Of a stretch of DNA of 64,000 bases, positions 20,125-30,886 are shown piece after piece (within the stretch, counting starts at the first letter, position 1; every line of letters begins with the position of its first letter). Under the pieces are notes generated by a model. The model saw only the letters and a program-made list of their open reading frames with translations. It ran no database searches and was not told the DNA's origin. The stretch is from Opitutales bacterium (GTDB lineage: Bacteria; Verrucomicrobiota; Verrucomicrobiia; Opitutales; UBA2987). Where the stretch lies: NCBI GenBank assembly GCA_965226885.1, contig CBDDEL010000016.1:288001-352000 (forward strand), given 5' to 3'. Made by a program: the position numbers and the translations under genes.

Positions 20125-22977
20125 TTATTTAAGGAGGCTTTTGATATCTGCCAAACTGACTTTCGATGCCGCAACGGCGCTCTCGTCCAGTAAGTCGCGT
20201 AAGAGCGCCAACTTGGATTGCTGCATTTCCAGCACTTTTTCTTCAATGGACTGCGCCGCGATCAGTTTTATGTTGGTGACCACTTTTTTCTGCCCAATGC
20301 GGTGGGCGCGGTCGGTTGCCTGGAGTTCCACGGCGGGGTTCCACCAGGGATCGAAGTGCACAACGGTATCCGCGCCAGTGAGATTGAGTCCCGTGCCGCC
20401 CGCTTTGAGGGAAATCAGAAAAACCGGAATACTTTCGTCATTGTTAAACCGGTCGCAAACATTCTGCCGATTGCGCGTCTGCCCATCGAGGTAGCAATAG
20501 GCGTGGCCGCGTTCCTCAAGCGCCTCGCGGATAAAATTCAATACGGTGACGAATTGAGAAAATAAGAGGATGCGATGCCGGTCATCCAGCGCTTCATCGA
20601 GGATTTCGAGAAACGCGCCCAGTTTGGCCGATTCTTCGCTTTTGAATTTTTGTTTTAGCAGACGCGGTTCTGCACAAATTTGCCGCAGCCGGAGGAGATG
20701 CGTCAATGCGGTCATCCGCAATTTTCCTTCTCCCGCGCCGGACATCTCCATATTAAAAATTTCCTCGCGCGCCTTTGTCGTGAAATCATCATACAATCGC
20801 CGCTGGTCTGTTTCCATACGGCAGTAAACCACCTGTTCGATCTTCTCAGGCAATTCCGGGGCAACCTGGGCTTTGGTCCTTCTCAGGATATAAGGCAATG
20901 CCTGCTGCCGATGTCTTTCGCGGTACCAGGCACGTTCATCAAGGCTCGCGTGCGAGGGCAGCTTGGCCAGGTAGCCGGGCAATATGAATTCGATCAACGA
21001 CCTCAGGTCGTCGAGACTGTTTTCAATCGGTGTGCCTGTCAGAACAAAGCGAACGCCCGCCCGCAGGCTTCTTAGAGCTCGCGCATTGCGTGTGCGTCGA
21101 TTCTTGATATGCTGGGCTTCGTCCGCAACTACACCTTGAAACTCGACCGTTTGAAATAATTGCAGATCTCTTACCAGCGTGCCGTAGGAGGTGATCGTCA
21201 GGTCATAGTGATCGAACGCGGTGGCATCTTTCAACCGGCCGCTCCCATGATGCACAAATACTTTCAGCCATGGAGTAAACCTTGCCGCCTCCCGACGCCA
21301 GTTCTCTAAAAGGCTGGCGGGACATACTACCAGACAAGTCTTCTTATCCGCATTAGCCTTTTGCAGACTCGCCAGCAAAGCCAACGCCTGGATGGTCTTG
21401 CCCAAGCCCATTTCATCGGCCAATATTCCCCCCAGGCCGCTTTTGAAGAGGTGGTGCATCCAGGCAACCCCTATGCGTTGATAGCCGCGTAGTTGGTCGT
21501 CCAGGTCATTGTCGATCGGGGCCGGCCGCAGATGAGCTACGCATTTCAGGGCGGCGCTGCGTTTCTTCCATGTTTCGGGTGTGGTGATGGAATCCGCAAG
21601 AGGTTCGAACAGTTCTTCGGCGTCGCGCAAAGATGTGGAATCCAGCCGTTGACGATAACGGGTCGAAAAAGTTCGGCGGGAGTCGCCGCTCAAGGAACGC
21701 TGAGCTTGCCCGAAAAGTTCAAGTTTCGATGGTTCCAGCAGGTAAATCGCCTCGCCGTCCGACACATAGGATTGCCCCTTTTCAACCGCCTGCCTCAATG
21801 CCTCCTCATCGGCGCCCCCCGCCTCAAGTCTGGCTTCCAGGACAAACCCTTCGTCAATCTCCCTGGCTTCCGCAATAATGTTTCCATATCGGAGATGGGT
21901 AGTTCTGGTCTTGAAATTGTCTGTCAACTTTGCCTGAAAATCACTTTTCAGAACCTCCAGGTATTTGGCCAGGAAACTCAGGGTCTTGTGCCTATCCCGC
22001 AACCACCATTTTCGATTGGAAGGTTCAAGCACAAAACCGTTTGCTTTAAGGAGGTCGAGCACGTCCGGGTATTCCTGGCTTTCGCGCGAAGGTAGCGTAA
22101 TGGCCAGGTATTGCGTCGAACCATCCACGACCATGCGAGTCAGGCCGGCGGCTCGCGGCGTGAAAGATAGCCTCTGTTTAACCTTTTCGGGCGCCTGTTC
22201 AGGTTCATTTGCGCTCTCTTCCTCTGCGGTGAGAAATTCATGAACTCCCGGTAACGCCTCGCCATCCCAACTCAATGAGGTCTGTGGCTTATTAATCCAA
22301 AAAACCACGGGCAGACCGGCCAAGCTGTTTAAAAGGTCTTGCAGTTGAGCGCGCTTGAGTTGCAAGAGCCCGTAGAGTCGTCCTGCGCACCATTTTTCAA
22401 CCAGGGCGGCGGCTTCGTAAAAGCCCTTTTCGAGACGATAAGCACGCCCCCGGTCTAGTTTCTCGGGAGCCATCTGCTTGTGGTCAAGAACCGCCTCGAG
22501 TTTGACCATGATGGCATCCCGCTCGGCCACGGCAGATAAGTTGGGAGGCAGGTAGAGGTTGAAACGCAATTCCATCCATTCCATCCCTTTGCCTTCGGAG
22601 ATCACCAGTGAACGCACCTCCAAGGCCGCCTCGGCAACCTCTTCAATTTCGCTCTTTTGGTCTTCATCAGCTGATTCCGCTGCCTCGATTTTATGGATGC
22701 AGAGGGCAATGGCATGGGCACAAATCATTCCCTGCTGACCTTTGCGGCAATTGCATTTATTTTCAGCGAAGGTAACCGATATCAGATTAAGTCGAGGAAA
22801 GTATTTTACGCCGCCCATCTGAATCATCCCTTTGAGGATGGGCGCTTCCCAAACACATTCCTTTATCACCTTGGCCTCCACCAGTCCACGGGCTTCCTTG
22901 AGAACGGCCCAGCCGCCAAGGTCCACCAGGTCGCCCTTTTTGAGTTCGGGGAAAGGCCGTTCAGCTTCCACTGTCAT
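20125..22977 (-). CDS. SWIM zinc-finger SNF2-family helicase/ATPase
   Basis: CNC...CAH SWIM motif, LADEMGLGKT, DEAQHIKN, LTGTPIEN, LKAGGTGLNL, WWNPAVE.QATDRAHRIGQ. Confidence 0.95.
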   Translation of the reverse strand: MTVEAERPFPELKKGDLVDLGGWAVLKEARGLVEAKVIKECVWEAPILKGMIQMGGVKYFPRLNLISVTFAENKCNCRKGQQGMICAHAIALCIHKIEAAESADEDQKSEIEEVAEAALEVRSLVISEGKGMEWMELRFNLYLPPNLSAVAERDAIMVKLEAVLDHKQMAPEKLDRGRAYRLEKGFYEAAALVEKWCAGRLYGLLQLKRAQLQDLLNSLAGLPVVFWINKPQTSLSWDGEALPGVHEFLTAEEESANEPEQAPEKVKQRLSFTPRAAGLTRMVVDGSTQYLAITLPSRESQEYPDVLDLLKANGFVLEPSNRKWWLRDRHKTLSFLAKYLEVLKSDFQAKLTDNFKTRTTHLRYGNIIAEAREIDEGFVLEARLEAGGADEEALRQAVEKGQSYVSDGEAIYLLEPSKLELFGQAQRSLSGDSRRTFSTRYRQRLDSTSLRDAEELFEPLADSITTPETWKKRSAALKCVAHLRPAPIDNDLDDQLRGYQRIGVAWMHHLFKSGLGGILADEMGLGKTIQALALLASLQKANADKKTCLVVCPASLLENWRREAARFTPWLKVFVHHGSGRLKDATAFDHYDLTITSYGTLVRDLQLFQTVEFQGVVADEAQHIKNRRTRNARALRSLRAGVRFVLTGTPIENSLDDLRSLIEFILPGYLAKLPSHASLDERAWYRERHRQQALPYILRRTKAQVAPELPEKIEQVVYCRMETDQRRLYDDFTTKAREEIFNMEMSGAGEGKLRMTALTHLLRLRQICAEPRLLKQKFKSEESAKLGAFLEILDEALDDRHRILLFSQFVTVLNFIREALEERGHAYCYLDGQTRNRQNVCDRFNNDESIPVFLISLKAGGTGLNLTGADTVVHFDPWWNPAVELQATDRAHRIGQKKVVTNIKLIAAQSIEEKVLEMQQSKLALLRDLLDESAVAASKVSLADIKSLLK

Positions 22978-22989
22978 AACGGGCGAAGC

Positions 22990-24318
22990 TCAATGATTTA
23001 GCTCAGGCAACCTGCCGTTTTTCCTCACGAAGGCGATAACGGGGTCACGGGCCTGGACAGGTATGGGATGAAGGCTGTCTTTTGGCAGGTTGAAGCGCTC
23101 GGCAAGCTCCCGGGCGGCAAAACTATTGGTGATCAAGGTGTAAGTGGATTTCTCCCTCATAAATTGATTTTTTTTCAGGATTTCGCCGATTTGCTCCTGA
23201 ATCATATCCAGGATGACGAGGGTGTTTCCCCAAGGCATAATTTCATAAAAGTCACGCACTTCGATAGGACCGGCAGGAAGGTCTTGCATATTAGCGCCGG
23301 GGTTTTGCCAACCAAAATCGGTTTGGTAGGCCTCCTTCCAAACTTGGGCGACCATGGACCTCAACTCTATGTCACGCCGGAGAAAGCGTTGGGATTCACC
23401 GATCACGATGTTCATTTCCGATGCTAATTTCCCCTCCCAAAAGTCGATTCTCTCCTGGGTTGCGGTATCCGCGGGCAGGTCATTAACCGGGATGGCAATG
23501 AGATTCCATTTATAATCGAGAATGCCGTTGTTTTCGGGATCAATCTTCAAATCCAGCCGCCCAACGTAATGGCCGAAAGCGCCCGCCTGTACGATTAGAA
23601 CGCCTTCGATTTCCTTTGCGGATTCCATCAGCGTATGGGTGTGGGCGCCAAGGATAAGGTCGAGCCCATCGGTCTCCTTGGCCAATTCCTGGTCGCGGTC
23701 CAAACCAAGGTGGGAGAGAGCGATCACCAAATCGGCCTTTTTCTTCAACTCCTTTATGTGCCGGGAGACGGCAGCGGCGGGATGCTCGAAATCGAGTGCG
23801 TCCTGGTAAACCCATTGGCTTGTGGCCAAGCCGATAAGGCCAATTTTCAACTTTCCCGCCGGGAGCAGGAGGGTCTCCGCGTCGCCCACTGGTTCACCTA
23901 CGCGCTGAATATTGGCTGCCAGGAGTGGAAAATCGGCAATTTGGAGAAATTTGGCGGTTTGTTCGAGTCCAAGGTCGAACTCGTGGTTGCCCAAAACGGC
24001 GGCATCGTAACCGGCCGCGTTCATTACCTCGAAGATGGGCTCACCCTGAAAAACCGAGCTGACAACAGTTCCCTGGATCATGTCGCCACCGTCGAGGATG
24101 AGCACCGCGCCTCCATCCGCCTCGACTTTTGATTTTACGGTTCTGAAATAGGCGGCGATGTTGGCCCAACCTCCCCTGCCCTCCTTGTCGGGCAAAAGAC
24201 GGGCATGGACATCATTGGTATATAGAATAGTCAGGTGAACCGGTTCACCGCCGAAAAGCGAATTAGAAGCGATACCGATCAGAGCCAACAATAACAAAAG
24301 CCTCATGGCAGGACTCAA
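22990..24318 (-). CDS. bifunctional metallophosphatase / 5'-nucleotidase
   Basis: Signal peptide, TNDVH, LDGGD, LGNHEFD, LSHLG and GAHTH motifs, shortened C-terminal domain. Confidence 0.88.
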   Translation of the reverse strand: MSPAMRLLLLLALIGIASNSLFGGEPVHLTILYTNDVHARLLPDKEGRGGWANIAAYFRTVKSKVEADGGAVLILDGGDMIQGTVVSSVFQGEPIFEVMNAAGYDAAVLGNHEFDLGLEQTAKFLQIADFPLLAANIQRVGEPVGDAETLLLPAGKLKIGLIGLATSQWVYQDALDFEHPAAAVSRHIKELKKKADLVIALSHLGLDRDQELAKETDGLDLILGAHTHTLMESAKEIEGVLIVQAGAFGHYVGRLDLKIDPENNGILDYKWNLIAIPVNDLPADTATQERIDFWEGKLASEMNIVIGESQRFLRRDIELRSMVAQVWKEAYQTDFGWQNPGANMQDLPAGPIEVRDFYEIMPWGNTLVILDMIQEQIGEILKKNQFMREKSTYTLITNSFAARELAERFNLPKDSLHPIPVQARDPVIAFVRKNGRLPELNH

Positions 24319-24367
24319 AGGCGCAAGTCTTGCCGGGTCGATCCTTTATTGAATCGTCCTTTCAATT

Positions 24368-24419
24368 TCGCCCTTTTAAGTATTTGATAAATATCGCCCT
24401 TTTAAGTATTTGATAAATA
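24368..24419. repeat. perfect tandem duplication 2 x 26 bp
   Basis: TCGCCCTTTTAAGTATTTGATAAATA twice. Each unit contains an IHF-consensus match (TATCAAATACTTA, minus strand). Confidence 0.95.
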
Positions 24420-24446
24420 AAAAAATTAAATTAGATACTGATACTT

Positions 24447-25451
24447 ATGATAGAAAACATTCCTAATTGGCACCCGTTATTCGTTCATTTTCCGATAGGG
24501 CTTTTTATGGGCTCCATCGTATTGCACGGTATCGGATTTTTTATCTCAAAGGAAGAAACCAGAGGAAACCTGCGTATCGCAGCCAACTGGATGCTGTGGT
24601 CAGGCGCGGCGGCAACCGTATTCACTCTTTTGAGCGGATGGCTAGCTTCTATGGTTGTTGCCCATACCGACGAATCCCATGCCGAGATGATTCTTCACCG
24701 CAATTGGGCTATTTCGGCTTCGGTAATCTTCTTTATACTGACGGCCTGGTCCATCCACCATATGCGAAAAGGCCGGACGCTTCCCAACCTGTTCTACGGG
24801 CTGCTCCTGCTGGGCGGAATTTTGCTGGGAATAACCGGCTGGGAAGGCGGCGAACTCGTTTACGAGCATGGCATGGGCGTCGAGCCAATGGAGAAGATAA
24901 TAGGAGATAGCCATGACCACGACGGGCACGATGCCGACGATGGTGAGGAGGAAGAGTCGGGCCACGGTCATGACTCCGAGACGACCGAAAGCGAGGATGG
25001 CCATCATCATGACAGTGAACCTGCTAAAATGGAACATACGGAAGAAGAGGATGATCATCATCATGTCATCGATGAAAGCACACCGGCGGGAGCCGTGGAC
25101 AGCTTCCACAATGCCCTCACCCGTGGGGATAAAGAGGCGGTTTATCGCCTTCTGGCGGAGGACGTCCTCATATTTGAAAGCGGCGGAGCGGAGCGATCCC
25201 TGGAGGAATACGCCGGGCACCACATGCCGCTGGACATGGAATTCTCCAAAAACATGAAACGGGAAGTGACCGCGCAATCCATTCAAGAGTCAGGGGACAC
25301 GGCCATTGTTTTCAATGAAAGCCAGACCGAGGGCACATTCAAAAACAAAAAATACAACCTCCTGGGAAAAGAAACCGTCATTCTCAAACGCAACGAAGGC
25401 CAATGGAAAATCACCCACATCCACTGGTCTTCCATGCCGGACAATAAATAA
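24447..25451 (+). CDS. DUF2231-like membrane domain + His/acidic linker + NTF2/SnoaL (DUF4440-like) domain
   Basis: HPLFVHFPI...GGELVY membrane domain, multiple His clusters, C-terminal ETVIL.....WKITHIHWS. Confidence 0.75.
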   Translation: MIENIPNWHPLFVHFPIGLFMGSIVLHGIGFFISKEETRGNLRIAANWMLWSGAAATVFTLLSGWLASMVVAHTDESHAEMILHRNWAISASVIFFILTAWSIHHMRKGRTLPNLFYGLLLLGGILLGITGWEGGELVYEHGMGVEPMEKIIGDSHDHDGHDADDGEEEESGHGHDSETTESEDGHHHDSEPAKMEHTEEEDDHHHVIDESTPAGAVDSFHNALTRGDKEAVYRLLAEDVLIFESGGAERSLEEYAGHHMPLDMEFSKNMKREVTAQSIQESGDTAIVFNESQTEGTFKNKKYNLLGKETVILKRNEGQWKITHIHWSSMPDNK

Positions 25452-25573
25452 ATAATAGAGGTCTACACTGTAGCAAGGAAGACACTGATGACATGCTATA
25501 TCTGAGTCGGCAAGATTAAGTGGATTTCTTTTGAGACAGATAAATCAATGCTACTAAATCTCATATATTTGAT

Positions 25574-26904
25574 CACTAGTGTCCAGTTAAAAGCCCTTGA
25601 GCATCAACTGGTTGTGTAATGCTAAGTTTGGCTTTCTTGTTTCGAACTTTGCAAGTAGTTGATATACAGGATCTTTTTGAAAGACGTTCACACTCAAAAC
25701 TTGCAGAATCCGACTCAGACTTTCAGTGACTCCATGCACTTTTTTCAAACAGGCGACCATGAGATAAACGCATATGGCTACCCAAATTTGGGTCTTCACG
25801 GCGTTTTCGGTGGTGCCGTAGAAAGCCTTGATGCGGAGGTTTTGCTTGATCCACTTAAAGAACAGCTCAATGCGCCAGCAGAACAGCTCAATGCGCCAGC
25901 GGCTTTTGTAAATGGCCGCGATAGTCAAGGCGGGCAAGGTGAAGTTGTTGGTGAGGAAGACCAGCCTCTGGCCAGTTGCGCCATCGCGGTAGCGAATGCG
26001 CCGGAGCTTGCCGGGGTATTGGCTTTTGCTTTTGGCGACTTTCAATCCGATGATCTGGTCGCAACTGATTCCGCTGGATCGGTCCACGGGTTGGGAAGCA
26101 CTAACGTAAAAACTCATATTGCTTTTGGCGCGGGTGACGAAGAAGGCAGCAGCCAAATGGATGCGAAAGAGCCGCTGAAAATCGACGTAACCACGATCCA
26201 TTACGTAAATGCTTGCGGGTTCAAAAGCCAGTTCATCAAGGATGTTCACGTCATGCACGCTTGCGTCTGTAATACTGATGAATATAGGGATGGAGCCACG
26301 CAAGTCCATCATCGTATGCAGTTTGATGGCCGCCTTGGTGCGGCGAAATGTTGCCCACGAAAACAACGACAGGCACAGGTCTATGGTCGAGGCATCCAGG
26401 GCATAAACCATCTCGTCTACATTCAATCCAATCGCGTCTTGGGCATACAAACGGCGCGCCTTGGCGATGAGCACTTGAGCCAATGCTTCGTAAAGGCGCC
26501 AGTTGCGATGCTCGTTGGCGTAGGCCAAGTTCGTGCGTGTCACATTGCCCCGGATTCCCATCGCATACAAGTGAGGACTTCCCCGCAGACACGCCTCGAT
26601 GTCACGCAAACTCTCACGGAATGTCATTTGCGCAAAGGCCATGCTCAAGAACTGATCACGGGCACTGAAACTACGACTGGTTCTTGGCATGGGATAAAGA
26701 CTAACGCAGCGTTCGAACTGTTCGCGATGGAGCAAATCCATCGCCTGCGTGAATGCAAGGCGGCCTTCGTTCATGCTGCCCAGTCTCAAAAAGGGTGCGG
26801 AAAGCGCCAGCTAACTTCAAATGCGTCACATCCATGTGGCTACTCAACAAACACATCATCAACGAAATACGACTTTAGACTGGCCGCTTAACTGGACACT
26901 AGTG
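25574..26904 (-). mobile_element. IS4-family element
   Basis: Perfect 17-bp IRs CACTAGTGTCCAGTTAA, 9-bp TSD ATATTTGAT. Confidence 0.95.
25587..26789 (-). CDS. IS4-family transposase (in-frame 7-aa duplication at the catalytic Glu)
   Basis: DASTIDL, KLH, MDRGY, Y..RW.IE.FFKWIKQNL. The 21-bp duplication at 25859-25900 gives WRIELFC-WRIELFF. Confidence 0.92.
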   Translation of the reverse strand: MRLGSMNEGRLAFTQAMDLLHREQFERCVSLYPMPRTSRSFSARDQFLSMAFAQMTFRESLRDIEACLRGSPHLYAMGIRGNVTRTNLAYANEHRNWRLYEALAQVLIAKARRLYAQDAIGLNVDEMVYALDASTIDLCLSLFSWATFRRTKAAIKLHTMMDLRGSIPIFISITDASVHDVNILDELAFEPASIYVMDRGYVDFQRLFRIHLAAAFFVTRAKSNMSFYVSASQPVDRSSGISCDQIIGLKVAKSKSQYPGKLRRIRYRDGATGQRLVFLTNNFTLPALTIAAIYKSRWRIELFCWRIELFFKWIKQNLRIKAFYGTTENAVKTQIWVAICVYLMVACLKKVHGVTESLSRILQVLSVNVFQKDPVYQLLAKFETRKPNLALHNQLMLKGF

Positions 26905-26993
26905 ATATTTGATAAAAACTATTTTGTCTTTTATATTAATATTAATTCTTCTTAATATAGGAGAATTAATATATACTATTCTCTTCGGGTGCG

Positions 26994-28321
26994 TGATGTG
27001 CACTGGAAAAAGTGGACACGAGATTCTCCTAAATGGAGAATCGAAGCATGGGAAGAAGACGCTTTAGTATAGAGTTCAAAAATGAGGCAGTTCAACTGAT
27101 GATACTCGATGGTCTGAGCGCCACCGAGGTATCGACCAAACTTGGGGTCAACACCAACCAATTGTATAGGTGGAAGAGGCTCTATCTGGACGATCAGCAG
27201 GGCGAAGCCACCTCAAAGCGACAGAGCAGTCCGAAGGAGATGGCGGCCGAGATAGATCGTCTTCGCAAAGAGCTGCGCCGCTCGGAGCGGATCAACCAGA
27301 TACTAAAAAAAACGGTGGGCTACTTTGCCAAGGACGAACAATGAAGTACCAGTCTGTCAAAGACAACGAGGGGCGCTTCAAGATCGAGGAAATATGCTCG
27401 GCGATGGGGATTTGTCGCAGTGGCTATTACTGCTGGAGGCCCCGAGCGCCCTCGGCCCGGCGGATCGAGGACGAGGGAATCAAGGGGGCGATCCTGAAGG
27501 TACACAAAGAGGCCAAGGGCCGCTATGGGCATCGGCCAATGCACCGCCATCTGAAGGATGATGAGGGCATCGATTGCGGCCGTGACCGGGCTCTGCGTCT
27601 GATGCGTGAAATGGGAATCAAAAGCACCCAGAGTAAACGCTTTAAGCCATTAAAAACCAACAGTAACCATCCCTATGGTTACAGCCCCAATGTGCTTAAA
27701 AAGCATGGCCAGCCGACCCATATCGACGAGGTCTGGGTGGCGGACACGACCTACCTACGGACCCTGGCCGGTTGGATGTACTTGGCCACGGTGATGGACC
27801 TGTTCAGCCGACGCCTGCTGGGCTGGAGCGTTTCCAACCACAACGACGCGAAGCTGGTTGGCAAGGCCCTCAAAGCCGCGGCCATGACCCGCGGCACACT
27901 GCGCACCGGGATTATTCATCACAGCGATCGGGGCAGCCCCTACGCCAGCGACGACTATCAGAGGCTGGTCTCTGAACTAGGCATGAAGCCGAGCATGAGC
28001 GCCCAAGGCAACTGCTACGACAACGCGGCCATGGAATCGTTCTACGGCCGCTTCAAGACCAGCACGATTCGAGGCCGCCACTTTGCCGACGAGCGCGAAC
28101 TGCGATCAACTGTCTTCGAATACGTGGAAATCTTCTACAACCGATATCGCAAACATTCCTCTCTGAGTTACCAAAGCCCAGTCCAATTCGAGGAAAATAT
28201 TTGCCCCCCATGGGGGGCAACGAGAAAACAAAACCCTTTACCAAAACAAGCCGCCTGACACACTAATCAATAAACAATGAATATAAGAGAATCCCGTGTC
28301 CAACAAATCCAGTACACGTCA
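26994..28321 (+). mobile_element. IS3-family element type A, copy 2 (orfA 27048-27344, orfB 27341-28258)
   Basis: 1328 bp, near-identical to copy 1. No TSD visible. Confidence 0.95.
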
Positions 28322-29256
28322 GTCATCACCAGCATATTTCAAGATGTTAAATATCCGATTGTCTGGTTTTGATGCCTTCGCCTGAAACACTTCTACCGGT
28401 TCTTCATCTGTAGTAGTCATGATTTATCTCTAACCCGGATATTTCGTAAAAAAAGTATCGTTGATATGCTTAACTGCTGATATACAGCAGGATAGATCAA
28501 TAATTAAAGCAATATCAGCGATGACAAAAGGTAAACAATTAAAGCTACAGTTGACAAGGGTAAAAGGCCGCCGTGTGCGGATTGATTTCAAGGGCGGAGA
28601 GGTTACTTCGGATGCCGGACTGCTTTTGATCCGGGAAGTAGATCGGCAGTTGGGCTTGACCGAACGAGCGGCCCGACAGTTAGTGGACAAACGGCAGAAG
28701 GGCAAAGTACGCCATGAGGTATTGGGGATGCTGCGGCAGCGCGTTTACGGGCTGGTGGCGGGCTATGAGGATTTGAACGACTTTGATACCCTGCGCCACG
28801 ATCCATTGTTGCAAACGGTAACGGGGCGCATTGAAACGTTGGCCAGCGCGCCGACTTTGTGTCGTTTTGAAAACGGGCAGGATCGGCGGGCGGCCTTTGC
28901 GGTAAACGAGCTGTTGGTCGAACAGTTCATGGGCTCCTTTGCCGAGGAACCCGAAGAGATCATCCTGGACTTTGACGCCACCGACAATCCGGTGCACGGG
29001 CTCCAGGAGGGACGTTTTTTCCACGGTTATTATGATCATTACTGTTTTCTGCCGCTATATGTTTTTTGCGGTGATCAGCTGCTGGTGGCCTACCTGCGGC
29101 CGAGCAAGATCGATGCCAGCAAGCATGCCGGGGCCATCCTCAAATTGCTGGTTAAACGGATTCGCCAAAGCTGGCCCCGTACGCGGATTATTTGGCGCGC
29201 CGACAGTGGATTTTGTCGAGACCGGATACTCTCTTGGTGCGACCGCAACGAAGTTA

Positions 29257-30387
29257 TACCAAATCGCAAAAGGATTGATAAAGATTAAAAAACAGCTATA
29301 AAGGCGGAATGAGAAGATATATGGGAACCGATGAAGACCGTGAACGTATCAAGAAATTGCTCAACAAAGAGGCTGTCGGCTGGCGTAAAGAGCGTTTGGT
29401 GGCATTAAAAATGGGCTTCCAGCCGCACCACAGCATTGATGAAATTGGAGCCATCGTGGGCCGAGGCAAAGCGACGATCCAGCGTTGGTTTGACAAATAT
29501 CGTGCTGCAGGGCTCGGGGCGGTGCTTACACGCGCCTACAAAGGCGGGATCAAAAGCCGTTGCGACAAAGAGGTGGAGGCCTTCTTGCTCAATGGTTTGA
29601 AGGTCGCGCGCTGGAACACAGCCGTTCAGGCGGGGCAAGAGCTGGAGCGACATTTCGGGCGCTCCTTCGCCTACAAGACGGTGTGGCGATGGCTAAAAAA
29701 ATGCGCCGGGGTGCTTCGAGTCCCTCGCCCCGTGCATGAGAAACGGGACTCGGCAAAAGCGGAAGCGTTCAAGCGAGACTTTTTTAAGATCCTCCAGGAG
29801 CTTTCCCTCACCCGAGGCAATCGGGTTCGGGTGTGGTTTGCCGATGAAAGCCGTTTTGGTTTGCTTCCGGTGTACCGCCGGTGCTGGACGCAAAGAGGGC
29901 TTCGGCCGCACAAAAAATATCAGACAAGATACCAGTGGAGCTACTGTTACGGAGCCCTCGACGTGGTCAACGGCGAGATGGTATGCATCCAAACCCCTAG
30001 CACGAATCTACAGTGGACGGAGGCTTTCCTCCAACAGATCAAAAAGCAATATCCTGAGGAGGAACATGTGGTTGTATGGGACGGGGCAGGCTTCCATCCG
30101 CACGACTCGGAGCACCCCAACGTCCCCCCGGGCATACATATCGTGAATTTGCCGCCGTATAGTCCTGAACTCAACCCGATTGAAAGACTTTGGGATATGA
30201 TACAGGATCAAACGGCCAACAAACTGTGGCCGAGCATTGAGCGACTCGAAGAAGTCGTCGCAACCCATCTCAAAGACTGGTGGGAGGACACTGAAAAAGT
30301 CCTCTCTTTAGTTGGCGGAGGCTGGCAGCACATTCAAGCAAACGCTTCTGCCAAATAATTTATTATCATACCTAATGAGATTTGGTA
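29257..30387 (+). mobile_element. IS630-family element copy 1 (1131 bp)
   Basis: TACCAAATC/GATTTGGTA IRs flanked by TTA on both sides. Confidence 0.95.
29309..30358 (+). CDS. IS630-family transposase
   Basis: WFADESRFG, VWDGAGFH, LPPYSPELNPIERLW. Confidence 0.95.
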   Translation: MRRYMGTDEDRERIKKLLNKEAVGWRKERLVALKMGFQPHHSIDEIGAIVGRGKATIQRWFDKYRAAGLGAVLTRAYKGGIKSRCDKEVEAFLLNGLKVARWNTAVQAGQELERHFGRSFAYKTVWRWLKKCAGVLRVPRPVHEKRDSAKAEAFKRDFFKILQELSLTRGNRVRVWFADESRFGLLPVYRRCWTQRGLRPHKKYQTRYQWSYCYGALDVVNGEMVCIQTPSTNLQWTEAFLQQIKKQYPEEEHVVVWDGAGFHPHDSEHPNVPPGIHIVNLPPYSPELNPIERLWDMIQDQTANKLWPSIERLEEVVATHLKDWWEDTEKVLSLVGGGWQHIQANASAK

Positions 30388-30886
30388 TTAGTTACATCGT
30401 GGGGATGGCTCGCAATGCACGCTTGCAGCAAGACGCCCAGCAGTTGCAAAAGCAGGCCAAAGAATGGTTCGAACTAAGGGGTAAAAAACAACAGTTATTC
30501 CAGGACTTCGTCTATGCTGCCGATTCGTGGCGATGGCTGCGGTTGGTCATCCATAAAGCCGAACACACCGCACAGGGGTCCAACCCGCGCTTCGTGGTGA
30601 CGAACCTGCCGGGCGATCCCCAGGAGCTTTACGACAAGGTATACTGTGGCCGCGGTGAAATGGAGAACCGAATCAAGGAACAGATGCAATTGTTCAGCGA
30701 GCGCACCAGCGCCTGTAAACGCCGGGATGAAACCGGTACGGGGGTCGGGGTAAAACCGGTACGCTTGGAATAAGGTTTAGGTTAGTAATTGCAGGTACGT
30801 CAAGGTTTAGGGTTTGGGAGTTGGTTTTGGGGATTGGCTTGGGGTCGGTGAGAAGGCCGGAGGCCGACGAGCCGGGCCCAAGGCGT

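Larger units (their letters stand above)
28434..30713 (+). mobile_element. IS1380 copy 2, interrupted by IS630 and truncated by IS21
   Basis: Left IR follows CTAA. The transposase is split at RNEV|SYIV and identity ends at ERTSA where IS21 begins. Confidence 0.93.

Noticed and set aside
25659..26891. 410-aa plus-strand ORF
   Set aside because: Antisense shadow of the IS4 transposase with no recognisable motifs.
28322..28433. Short minus-strand ORF start (MTTTDEEPVEVF...) between IS3 and IS1380
   Set aside because: Only about 33 codons and no identifiable continuation, so it cannot be supported as a gene.
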